Positions 23,338 to 34,183 of a stretch of DNA of 34,183 bases are shown here, piece by piece. The stretch comes from Vitrella brassicaformis CCMP3155. Its lineage: Eukaryota > Protista > Chromerida. The translations under genes were made by a program, and so were the position numbers. Location of the stretch: NCBI GenBank assembly GCA_001179505.1, contig CDMY01000664.1, positions 1 through 34,183 on the forward strand, written 5' to 3'. Under the pieces are notes generated by a model. The model searched no databases, had not been told where the DNA came from, and saw only the letters and a program-made list of their open reading frames with translations. Position 1 is the first letter of the stretch. Every line of letters starts with the position of its first letter.

Positions 23338-24978
23338 ATGAATGGACAGACAGAAAATGCATGGAAGCTAAGCGGATGGAGGCTGTCCGTCCGTCCGTCC
23401 GTCCGTCCCTGTGTTTGGTGTGTATGGTAGCGAGCAAGCCTGGTGGGCAGGGCACTGTTAGGCAGGCGAGCGAGGCAACAACTATGTGCCACCCGACGGA
23501 CAGCAGGAGGGAGGGAGGGGAGACTCACTGGGTGGGTGCCTGGATGGATGGAATGGTGAGAGTATACACACACATATACACATGCAGGCACGTGTGAGTA
23601 ATGTGTGAGTGGTGGTTGGTTGGTGTTGTCTCTTTCATTTGTCTGTCCGGGGGGCTGTAAAGACTTGGCGGGCTCGTGTGTGTGTGTGTGCTGGCGTGTA
23701 TATCAGTGAGTGAGTGGTGTGCCATGTGGGGTGTTGCGTGATTGCATCCGTGCTCGTTGCGTATTGACCCTCTGTGTGTGTGTGTGTGTGTGTAGTGACT
23801 TAGTCAGCCACCGGCAGACAAGACAGACAGACAGACAGACAGACAGAGAGACAGCGACAGAGATAGAGGGCAGATTCACACATACCCACCATACCTACTT
23901 GCTAATGCTCTGTGGACGGTTCGGGGGGCTGTGCGGGATTTTTTCGGGTGTGTAGCTGTGTAGTGTAGATAGGGGGCGCTGATCCATCTAAAGGACAGAA
24001 GGACAGACAGACAGCCGGAAGAAAGATATGGCATGCAAGGGAGAAACGCAGAAAAAATCACGCTTCTCTCTGTCCGTAGAAGCGTTAGATAAATGACGGC
24101 AGTCGGTCGAGTGTGTATTGGTTTGCGTAGAGTGGCGGGTCGGGCGCTTTTGTTTCCATCCTCCATCCTCAATTGTGTGTGAGATCTGCTTGGAATACGT
24201 CGTGAGTCGTGTCGTCGGACACGTGTGCTTCGGTCTCGCCATGCTGCATCGCCATTCTGAAGCATGGGTGGCGGTTCGACGTGGGGAGGGGGAGCATACG
24301 ATGCGGCCGACGACACGGCACGGCACAAGACAGACAGAGAGAGACACAGACAGTTGTACCGGCAGCTAGCGTAGCGTCAAACAAAGGAGGAATGGATGGA
24401 TGGAATGGAATGTGACACCTAATTCGAATGTGAGAGCGAAGGCAGGCGAGTGATTGGCGTGGCGTGGTGGGGTGTGCTGCATGGCATCCATCGTGTGTGT
24501 GCGGGCGTCGTGTTGTGTGTGTTGCCCATCTATTCGTGCAGTCCGTCAGTCGTGTGTACAGCTGGCCAGATAGATGAGATGAAATGAGCCGCCTTGCGTG
24601 TTGGCACTGGTGAACTGTGTCGCGGCCGTTCTTAATGCAACAGCCGTGACAAACGAGACGCGCACAATTGGTTGTATAATATATAAAGCTCAGTGTCATG
24701 GTTTCCAAAAGTCTTGGTTGACACCGTCTGTCTCTTGCAAGCGCTTCAAAGGCGTCTCCGCATTCCGCCCGGCACCCTACATCATCGCACGGCGGTCAGA
24801 TGGCCATACAGACGGAAGTGACCGGGCGGCATGTTACACATCTCCGAAGCGCAGCTGAGACAGATGCACAAGGGACATTTCTCGTACCAAACCACGTAGA
24901 TAACAAATAAGTCGATTTGTCCCCATCCAGCCACTCTACAATCCCCCCCCTCCCCTCCCCTCCCCTCCCTGAGTCACT

Positions 24979-26515
24979 CTACTCCATGCCCGTCCTCGGT
25001 GCCTGCAGTATCTTGGGCAGGTGGAATGGCGAGGCGCCGGGCGGATGGTGGCCGCGGCGGAACGGCGCTCGGGGGGCAACGGCCTCTGAAACGCACACAC
25101 ACAGCAGAGATGCCTGTGTAGTGACACTGACTGGATGGATGGATGGATGGATGGATGGATGGTGTGTGTGTGTGTGTGCGGACCGTACCTTTCTTGCCTC
25201 CTGTGACAGGTTTGATGATCTTGAATTTCTTGAGGGTGCGGGACTTGTTCTCGGCCGTCTTGCCCACGCCCATGTCCTGAACACACACACACACACACAC
25301 ACAGAGAGAGAAAGAAACCGACAAAGTGCACGCACATCTGCCTGTGTATGGCTCTGTGTGTGTCGGTGCTTACATCGAGCTTCTTGTTCCGCTCAGAAGC
25401 GACATCCCTGCAGGCACACAGACAGACAGACAGACAACCACACACACACATGCGTCACGCGTCTGTGCCTGTGTGGAGGTAGCAAGGCTACGCTACGCAC
25501 CTGTCTTTCCATGTGCTCCTGGATAGGCGGATGGGTCTGTTGCCGACGTACTTGTTGTTGACTTCCTTGAGCGCCTTGAGCATGTCCTGCGGGTCGCCGA
25601 ACGAGGCAAAACCGTACCCCTTGGTCTTACCCGTCCGCTTGTCACGAATCACCTGACACACCACACGAACGACACGCACAGCACACACACACACAGAGAG
25701 AGAGAGGAGAGGACGAGATGCCCGTCTGTGAGTCGCTGTTGGTTGGTGGTGGGTATCGAGCTGACCCTGCATTTCTGGAAGGACCGGTACTGCCTGAAGG
25801 CGTTGGCGAGGAGGTCCTCCGTCACCTCGTTGCCCAAATCGCCACAGAATAACCTGCACACCCCACACAGAGGGAGAGAGCCGATTGATCAAGTGGCATG
25901 ACCACGGCCGTGCAGGCTGCCATTCCCTCAATAATCTGATTACCTGTAGTCCTCGTCAGGCCATTCGAGCAGCGACGGGTCGTTCCACACCTTGCCGGCA
26001 GCCTTGCGCAGACACTTCTTCTCATCCTGCCAAAGCACACACACACACACATCACTGTCCGCTCTGTCGTGTTGTGTGGCTGACGTACCGCCTGTTTGAC
26101 GCCCTTGGACGACATGAGGCTGCCGAGGTGCGCGGCCTCCTCTGCGGACATGCCGTCGTTGGGGTGGTGCACGGCTGATGTGGGGAACCCCGACGGACCG
26201 ACAGGAATGCCACCCAGCCCAATGTTGGGCTGCAGCAACCACCACGGCAAAGAGAGGGAGGGATACACGTCATAACCCACGTATGGCTGGTATGGCTGTG
26301 GACAACACTCTGACGTGTCGCTTACGGCGGCAGCGGCAGCGGCAGCAGGCATGGCGGCCATCGGAGCACCTGCAGGCGCAACCAGCGACACACAGCGAGC
26401 ATTGCCAAGGGTGTGAGAGCCCTCCCGTTGCCCAATCGTGTTCTGGCGTACCTGCCATCTGCATGGCCATCATGTCCATGCCCGGCGGCATGCCGCCAGG
26501 GCCTATGGGGAACAT
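24979..26515 (-). CDS. RBM42: RBM42-like RRM RNA-binding protein (U4/U6.U5-associated family)
   Basis: RKAAGKVWNDPSLLEWPDEDYR|LFCGDLGNEVTEDLLANAFRQYRSFQKCR|VIRDKRTGKTKGYGFASFGDPQDMLKALKEVNNKYVGNRPIRLSRSTWKDR matches the RBM42 RRM signature. N-terminus is Met/Pro/Gly-rich. Last-exon frame is inferred. Confidence 0.9.
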
Positions 26516-26877
26516 TCTGAAGCGATATTCTCCTCTATCAGCACACGACAAGCTACAGACAGCCTCTACAGCGCTCCTGGGAAGAGAAATCAGTCTCTTG
26601 CTTTGCGAGCTTTTTCTCAAACGGCTCTCAGTCTGAACGCTGTGATGATGATGGCAGCGTAGGCACACCGCCTCTGCTTACTGACCTTACTATCGCAACT
26701 ACCTGACAGCACCTTATCGTACTGAGGCCGTCCGCCGCCCACCCACCCGTCCATTGTATCCAACAAACATTCATTCTACGACTGACTGAGGCGAGAGAGA
26801 GTGGCAGGCCGGCCGTCTTTTGTCGTCGTTTTTGTATCGTTATTGTTATTGTTATTGCTGCTGCTGGTGTTATCGCA

Positions 26878-29800
26878 ATGCTCCTCTGCCGTGGTGTTGG
26901 CAAGGACGGGGAGCGCCCCGCCTTCAGGTGGCGGGGGTACCTCGCCGTCTGCTGCGCACTGACCATTGTGGTGGCCATCTCCCTTGCATATGACAGCCTC
27001 TTCTCGAGAAGAACAGGTGCGCATGGCATGGAAGGGGAGAGAAGGGGGTGGGGATGGTGGATGTGTGTCTGTGGTTCATGCAGACGGTGGTGATGTTGGT
27101 GCCCCTCTGCGTGGACTGGTGGGCAAGAAGAAGAAGAAAGACCACCACCCTCCGCCCCCGCCCACCAAGCCTGACTACGACATCAAAAAGATCATCATCA
27201 CCACAGACCCCTACTACGAGTGTCCCGAAGGGTGGGTGCGATTGGCCACACATCCACACACACACACACACACACACACAGAAATGCATTCCAATGCATG
27301 TGGTCATCCGCCCGTTCAGGTACGAGCAGGTGTCCGACCACGAGTGTGTGCGGACCAAGGAGGAGAAGCCGAAGCTCAAATGTCCGCCGGGCTATGTCCT
27401 GGACCCCCACACCAAGACCTGCAGGGGCAAGGAGCAGATCAAACCTGACTATGTGTGCGACACGGGCTACGAGCCGAGAGGCCACGACTGCTATCGCCAG
27501 GATGTGGAGCCGTCGCAGGTCAAGTGCCCACCGGGGTACTACCTCGACGACCACCACTGCGTCAAAGGTATGAAATGGATGGATGGATGGAAGACGCATA
27601 ACGTTGACCGATTCTGTCCTTTTGGCATACATACAGATGTGGTTGCGCCACCCGAGACTGCCTGCCCGCACGGTATGGTGGGGGAGGGGATGAGACGCGC
27701 ACGCACGGGTGACCGATAGACAAGATGTGTGTGTGTGTGTGTGTGTGGTTGTGCAGGATATCACTATGTGGACGGCGTGTGTGTCATGAAGGTGGAGACC
27801 CACCCGGATGTGCAGTGCCCCTACGGCTACGTCATGGACGAGCACAAGAAGTGCGTCTCCAAGGACACCAGGGAGCCGCTGCTCGAGTGCCCGCCGGGCT
27901 ACCACCTGGGCAAGGGCGGCATCTGCACCAAAGACAAGGGCACTCCGGTGGAGAAGAGGTGCCCACCCGGCACCCACCTGACACCCGACGGCATCTGCCT
28001 CAAGAAACATACCGTCGACGCACATCCGCACTGCCCGAAAGAGTGAGTGAGAGAGGGAGAGAGCTCGGGGGGCACGGACAAGTGGCTGCAGAGATGTGTG
28101 TGTGTGTATGTGTGGTGTGGTGTGGTGGATGGGCGCAGGTATACGCTTCACGAGGGGTACTGCTATCTGGAGGAGGACGTCCCCGGCCACGTGGTCTGCG
28201 ACAAGCACTACGAGCTCGACGCGCCCACGCAGCTATGCACCAAGGAGGACACCACCCACCCCAAGCTCACATGCCCTCACGGGTATACCCTTGACGAGCA
28301 TGCCAAGAGCTGCGCCAAGACCGTCACCAAGCGAGTGGCAGTCCAGCCACCACCTCCACCCCCTCCGCCGCCCCCTTCCAAAAAGGACATACACGCCCCC
28401 ATGGCCCACCACACGCCTCACAAGAAAGACACCTACGTCGAGCCCGCCCACACCAAGGAGACCTACAGCAGCGACGACGGCTATGACGCCCACGGTGATC
28501 ACGGTGATGCGGGTTGGGTGATCCCTGGCGACGGGTCTGGGAGGCGCGAGCTGCAGCAGGAGGGTCAGGATCAAGTGGCGGCGCTGGGGCGGGGGAAGAA
28601 GATGAAGAAGACGGTGACGCCTGTGGCGTATGAGACGGTCGAGGAGGTGCTGCACGAGGAGGCCCAGTACACCTGCCCACACGGCTACCAGCTCGTCGGC
28701 AAGACATGCACACGACAGCTCACGGCAAAGCCGCACACACAGTGCCCCAAAGGGTGAGTGAGTGGGGAGGACGACTATGCGTCGGTGTGTGTTGGGTCCA
28801 TCCATTCATCCAACCTATGCGTGCGTGCGTGCGTGCGTGCGTGTATGTGATTGTGTGTGTGCGCAGTATGCAAGAGATCGGCAAGGGTCGGTGTCTGAAG
28901 AAGAGCAAGGTCGCGGCGCAGTACATCTGCCCCGACGGCTATGCCGAGAACTTAACCAAGGGCAAAGTCTGCGAGGCCGTCAAACACATCAAACCTGAAA
29001 TGGTCAGTGACTGAGTGAGACGGCGAGTGGGCGATAGATACGGCATTGGCTTGATCACCATAACTCTCTCTCTCTCCCTCTCTCTCTCTCGTGTGTCTGT
29101 GGCCGTGCGTGTCTGCAGCTGTGCCCGCATGGCAGCGTGCTCGACAAGAAGACCGGCATCTGCGAGTACACTGACAAGAAGGAGGCGAAGGAATACTGCC
29201 CAGAAGGTACCGATCAACAGGCAACCAAGATGGAGGAAGAGATGACCCCTCGCCCCGCCGATCTCTGTGTGTCTCGTCTCGTCTCGTCTGTTAGGCTACA
29301 CCCGGCACCACCACCACAAGGGGGAGTGCGTCAAGGTGCTCAAGGAGCCGCCCGTCGTGCACTGCCCAGACGGAGAGCTAGTCGGACACAAATGCATCAA
29401 GGTATGCACGCACTATATATAGTTCGATGCACCCGTATCTGTGTCAGTCATCATGTGTGTGTGTGTTGGTGTGATTGATGCACGCGCACAGCGTCTCGAG
29501 GAGGAGCCGACTCAGCATTGCCCCGAGGGTTTGGTCTTCTACGACGGCAAGTGCAAGGGCGTCAAGCAGGGCAAGCCAAAATTCCTGTGCCCACCAGGTA
29601 CTTACGCGCACCCCACCACACACACAGACACACACGCCGCTCCCTCCTTGTTGTCAGGGTACCACCCGAAGCACGGTGAGTGCGTCAAGGACGAGTACGC
29701 CCCTCCCCGTCCCGTGTGCCCTGACGGCACCGAGCTCAAGTACGACGTGTGTGAGGCCCACAAGGAGGTGCACCCCAAGACCTACTGCCCAAAGGGCTAC

Positions 29801-30355
29801 AAGCTCGTCAACGGCAGGTGCGTCAAGCAGGAGCACGCCCGCCCCGACGTCCTCTGTCCGCCGCCATACGTCTTCGACAAGAAGAAGCACATCTGCGTGC
29901 GTCACGAGATCAAGGCCACCCTGCCCACGGAGGCCGCCGAAGACATCCTGGGGGAGGTGCTGCCCCCGACGCAGGCACCCCAGGCCGTGCAGCCCACGTA
30001 CGTCATCCCGCTGGCCCCCCCGCCCCCGCCCCCACCAGTGTACATCCCTCCGGCCCCCAAGCAGGTGCCGCCCAAGGAGAAGGTGCCCAAGGTCAAGAAG
30101 GAGAAGGTCAAGAAGGTGCACCCGCCCAAGCCCAAGAAGCCCGTCCATGAGAGGGAGGTGCGCTACAAGAAGGTCCATGAGAGGCCCGTCAAGGCCGCCC
30201 CCGCCCCCAGACACGAGTACAGCCAGTATGCCGGCGGCCACCAGGGGCTGGGGCAGCACGGCGGCGGCGGCCACGGGCAGGGCCATGGGCAGCTTGGGCG
30301 AGGGGCGCTGGACCACCTGCACCAGACAAACGAGTACCACTCAAAGGGATACTAG
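26878..30355 (+). CDS. Oocyst/cyst wall protein (OWP/COWP-type CPxGY..C repeats), His- and Lys-rich
   Basis: Recessed hydrophobic segment YLAVCCALTIVVAISLAY, followed by 22 C(P)xG(Y)-x(n)-C units across about 11 exons, poly-Pro stretches, and a C-terminal Pro/Lys then Gly/His tail ending NEYHSKGY*. Confidence 0.85.
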
Positions 30356-32104
30356 TGGGTGGGCGAGACACAGACGAGAAGGCGAGAGCATGCAGATGGA
30401 TGGATGGGGGTCGGTCGTTTTTCTGTGTGTGGGGGGCGTGGAGTGCGCATGGTGGCGGCGGCCCGCTCGTGGGATGATGTTTACCTGACAGACAGATGTG
30501 ATCGATCGTACCACTACCTGCACATGAGAATTGTACATAGACAAACAGACAGACAGACAGACATTTCGCGAGGAGGTTTTTCGCAAGCAAGCAAGCCGGG
30601 TGCGTGTCCATAGTGGTTGACGGAAGCTAGCCAGGCCAGCCCTTGTCCTCTCTCGCCATGCCATGCGTGTGTCGTTCGTTCCGGCGATCGCACATGGATT
30701 CATTCTAACACATGCATTCATACAGTCCTTTTTCACTCGTCATTGCTATCCGTGATTTATCAGTGTATTTATTATCCGTCCGTGTGAACAGACGGACGGA
30801 CAAACACTGTGTGCATCGTGTGGATAAGGTGGGCGAAGGGGGGGGTGGGTGGGGTGGGGTAGAAAGCCCTGCCTGTGAGAGGACCCTTGTGTGCCGAAAC
30901 ACTCACACGGAGACACACAGGCAGACAGACAGACAGACAGACATGAGCAGCCTTTTGCCCGAATGCGCTTGTGGCATCCCCTCTCTCTGTCTGCTGCGGC
31001 TGTGCCGTGTCTCTCTGTGTGTGTGGTGTGTGTCATGGCGCACAAAGTGTGTAGCTCTCCGCAGGGCAGGACCGACGCATCGACTCGCTCGGCTCGTGAT
31101 GCATGCATTCATGGACTCACCCCCTCTCATATCTGAGCGTGTGGACTGACTGACGTATGTGTGGATAGATGGAATAGATGGAGGGGCAATTGTCGGGAAC
31201 AGACACCCCCCAAAGCACCAACCAAAATGGATGGACAAAGTGTACAACACCAGAATGCGAGAGAGAAAAGCATCGCGCACACACGAGAGGAACAAGCCGC
31301 TTTCGGGAACAACCAAACTTGGAACCGACACGATCAGACGTCCTGCCCCCAACACATGGCAAAATTGGTCTGTCTGTCTGTCTGAATGAATGTTTTTGTC
31401 GAATGATGCCATCCATTGCGCATACAGTGTGGCCGCTGGCCTGGCGGTGTTTTTGAAAAGGATCCTTCGGCGTCGGGGCGATTCAACGACATGCTCACAC
31501 ACAGTGATGGACAACGTCAAGAAAGACACGGATGTGGGCGGGGGGGGAGTGCGTGGATGGTGTCAATGTGGCGATGCATGGCTGTGAGTGAGTGACTGAG
31601 TTGGGTCGGTCTGCGTTTTGGCGGGGAGGCCATGCTAGTCACACATAACAGACAGACAGTGAATACCACGTACCAGACAGACAGACAGACAGAGATGAGA
31701 CAGGGTCAGTGTGTGTGTGTGAGTGGGGGGGACCAACATGTGTCTGTCGTGGTGGGGCTTCTGCTGCGCCAATCGGAAAGATACAGTACTCGTCGCCAGC
31801 ACCTCAGCCGACCAGCGATTTGTCACACCACGAGTGCGGTGGGGCTATGACGGGCGCTTTCCCCACAGCGCGGCGGCCCGGTAATTTCCGCCCGTCTATT
31901 GGATAGACTAACTGCATGACTGCATGGTGGCAATTGGCGGGAGGTGTGAAAAGAGCAGCAGTGATAGCGGATTGCGTAGCGGATCAGAGCAGCCATTGCA
32001 TCATTGCTTGCATGAGAGCGCATGGGAGTGCATGTCTTGAGGACCTGGTGCGTGTTGACAGAGGGGGCCTCATTCAACCCACGTACATCCACCCTGATTC
32101 ACTG

Positions 32105-32198
32105 CCAACGTCCTCGATCCCCACGATACTCGAGATTTTAAGTACCCCATAAACGAAACCACCACCAACGTCCTCGATCCGACTCTCGAGATTTCAAG
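32105..32198. repeat. Direct repeat with 60-nt spacing upstream of the PTC7 gene
   Basis: ccaacgtcctcgatcc occurs at 32105-32120 and 32165-32180, each followed by ctcgagattt(t/c)aag. Confidence 0.8.
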
Positions 32199-32269
32199 AT
32201 CTGAGCTCGCGGAGTTGTCGTGTCGCTCTTGGCTGGTTGCAGCCATCCCGTTTGCTCTCTGTCGACAGC

Positions 32270-33932
32270 ATGGACAGCATGGAGAAGGCTGCATCCTCTG
32301 TCCTGCATCGGAGCCCGGCGGAGCTGCTCCTCTGTCCGTCGGCGCGGGTGATATCAAAACCGAACGGCGGCCACGATAGTTATTTCCATTCCACCACGGC
32401 CATGGGGGTCTATGACGGCGTCAGCGGGGTGGCGAGAGTTCCGGGCTGTGATCCAAAGGCGTTCTCATCGGTGAGATGCAGTGGCAGATGCATTTGGATG
32501 GATGGATGGATGGATGCATCTGCAGTGATGCACTGCATTATTTGTCCATGGATATCGTATCGATGCATCGACCTGTGTGGTTTTCCGTTGCAGAGGCTGG
32601 CGATGGAGTGCAACAAGGCCGAGAAGCACATCACGGAGGCCGGCTACCAGAGCAAAACCCACAAGCGAGCAGCCACGGTGCTCTCCGAGGGCATTTCGGG
32701 GCTCAGAAGCTCCGGGTTAGTAAGACCTCCATCCATCCATCCATCCATCCATCCCATCGCTGTTGGCTCTGTGTGTTTGTTTCTGCGTCAGGTTGAGGGG
32801 GTCTACGACTGCTGTTTTGTGTACCGTCCACGGCACCAACCTGGATGTCGCGTGCATCGGCGACTCAAGGGTGAGCGTGTACCGGCGCCAGGGCGAGAAA
32901 GGCAACTTCGTCGAGATCTACCGCTCCCGCACGACCCACTTCAGACCGCACGACACGTTCAACTGCCCGGCGTAAGTGTTCCTTTGCCTGCACAGGCTGT
33001 CCTCCCACACCACACACAAACATGCCCATCCATTCATTGTGGCCGATTTCTGTCTGGTCTGTGTGTTGGTTGACAGGCAAGTGAGCCGCGTGCCGTTGGA
33101 GGTGCCAGGCCGCTACCACACCCACTGGTCCCGCGACGCCCCCTTCGCCCCGGCCACCCCCGAGAGTCTGAGAGAGCTCATGAGTGAGGAGACCGTGCGC
33201 ATCCGTGTTGGCGACATGGTGGTGATGGGCTCGGACGGGCTGTGGGACAATCTGTTTCAGCACCAAGTGGCCCGCATCATCAACAGCACGCACACGGCCA
33301 CCACGCGCGGCACTAGAAGCAACAGCAGCAGCCCCGTCGCCGTGAGTGAGGCCGTATCTGACGCTCTGGTCAAGGCCGCGTACCAGTGCAGTATCCTGAG
33401 GGACATCCTGTCGCCCTTCACACTCGAGGCGCGAGCTCATGCGAGGCGGGAAGTGGCGAAGATGGGACTGAGTGCGCCGCTGGGTCTGAGGCAGGACGCC
33501 AGCATGTTGGGCGGGAAGGTCAGAGCAACACTCACATCACTCCCTGCACACATGGATGGATGGATGGATGGCTGTGTACGTGTGTGTGTTCAGCCCGACG
33601 ATATCACGTGTGTAGCAGCGGTGTGCGTTGGGGAGCGGCCGGCGATTGACATGGCCGTGCGGTGCAGGGAGGGCGAGATCGCCCCGCCAGCCCAGCTGGG
33701 CCCCCGTGAGATAGCCAACATGCTCCCAGACGTAAGCACACGAGGACACGCACCACAACGGACTCACACCACTATCTGCGTCTCTGTCTGTGTGGTTTCT
33801 ATCCTTGGATTCCTTGTCTCTACTGCACTGCAGCTGGTGTACCTGTCGAACATGTCGGTCATAACACACACCACACATCCACCCCACCGTCAATCGGTTT
33901 ATGACGTGTCTCATTTATTTTGTGTGTGCTGA
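32270..33932 (+). CDS. PTC7: PP2C-family protein phosphatase, PTC7/PPTC7 subgroup
   Basis: GHDSYF..GVYDGVSG..GCDPKAFSS, GSTTAV, ACIGDSRV, FNCPAQV, GDMVVMGSDGLWDNL, SPFTLEA, GGK|PDDITCV. Exact 3' end is uncertain. Confidence 0.9.
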
Positions 33933-33975
33933 TTTGATTGACATCCATCCATCCATCCATCCATCCATCAGTGAC

Positions 33976-34144
33976 CAGTACTCCCATCTCGTTCGTGTGG
34001 AGGGGCGCTCGACAAGCTTCCGCACCAGACAGCTCACTGGCGTGCCCAAGAAGTTCGGTGGCGTGAGCGAGAGACCCAACGTCGGCAGGCTCGTGGGTGC
34101 CTCTGTGTCGGCCGCCATGAAAGAGCTGGCTGCCGAGAGGTACG
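33976..34144 (-). CDS. Probable internal or last exon of a gene extending beyond the right edge
   Basis: Acceptor-like gtgtcag at 34145-34151 (minus strand) is followed by an open frame AYLSAASSFMAADTEAPTSLPTLG..RWEYW and then a (GGAT)n tract. No family recognised. Confidence 0.35.
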
Positions 34145-34183
34145 CTGACACGTCCATCACATCACAGCGTATGGACAGCCATG

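Larger units (their letters stand above)
870..33970. repeat. Pervasive intronic/UTR microsatellites: (TG)n/(CA)n, (GACA)n, (GGAT)n, (GA)n, (GTCC)n
   Basis: Seen in most introns except across about 16000-20650. They generate most of the spurious CVCVCV/THTHTH/MDGWMDG ORFs in the ORF track. Confidence 0.97.

Noticed and set aside
24760-24835. 8-bp inverted repeat ccgcccgg/ccgggcgg, considered as a possible tRNA or ncRNA
   Set aside because: No cloverleaf or T/D-loop consensus, and the stem is too short to exceed chance.
29654-30340. 228-aa Leu/Gly-rich minus-strand ORF
   Set aside because: It is antisense to the OWP last exon; GC3-rich codons keep the opposite strand open.
546-34160. Dozens of ORFs rich in CVCVCV, THTHTH, MDGWMDG, SVCLSVCL
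   Set aside because: They are translations of intronic microsatellites or antisense shadows of real exons, not proteins.

Overview
Gene-dense, intron-rich eukaryotic genomic window with one 300-N gap. Introns are short and packed with (GT)n/(CA)n/(GACA)n/(GGAT)n microsatellites, and an oocyst-wall-type gene is present. Together these suggest a chromerid alveolate such as Vitrella brassicaformis (inference). Manual exon stitching gives about 10 genes, in order: (1) a full-length PepN/M1 aminopeptidase homolog that has lost GAMEN, HExxH and the catalytic Tyr (pseudoenzyme); (2) a secreted Cys-rich protein with acidic and (GK)n tails; (3) a fatty acyl-CoA reductase; (4) a signal-peptide-bearing phospholipase D that is invisible in the ORF track, with an HKD->HKN first motif and a GA-AG intron splitting the second HKD, lying in a microsatellite-poor island; (5) ALG11; (6) a small membrane protein; (7) an RBM42-like RRM protein; (8) a large OWP-type wall protein with 11+11 Cys repeats; (9) a PTC7-type PP2C; (10) a probable partial exon at the right edge. 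Best leads are the hidden atypical secreted PLD, the dead aminopeptidase, polarized CA/TG self-complementary introns, and a possible cyst-wall (protein plus lipid) neighbourhood. All splice models were derived by eye and have no transcript support.
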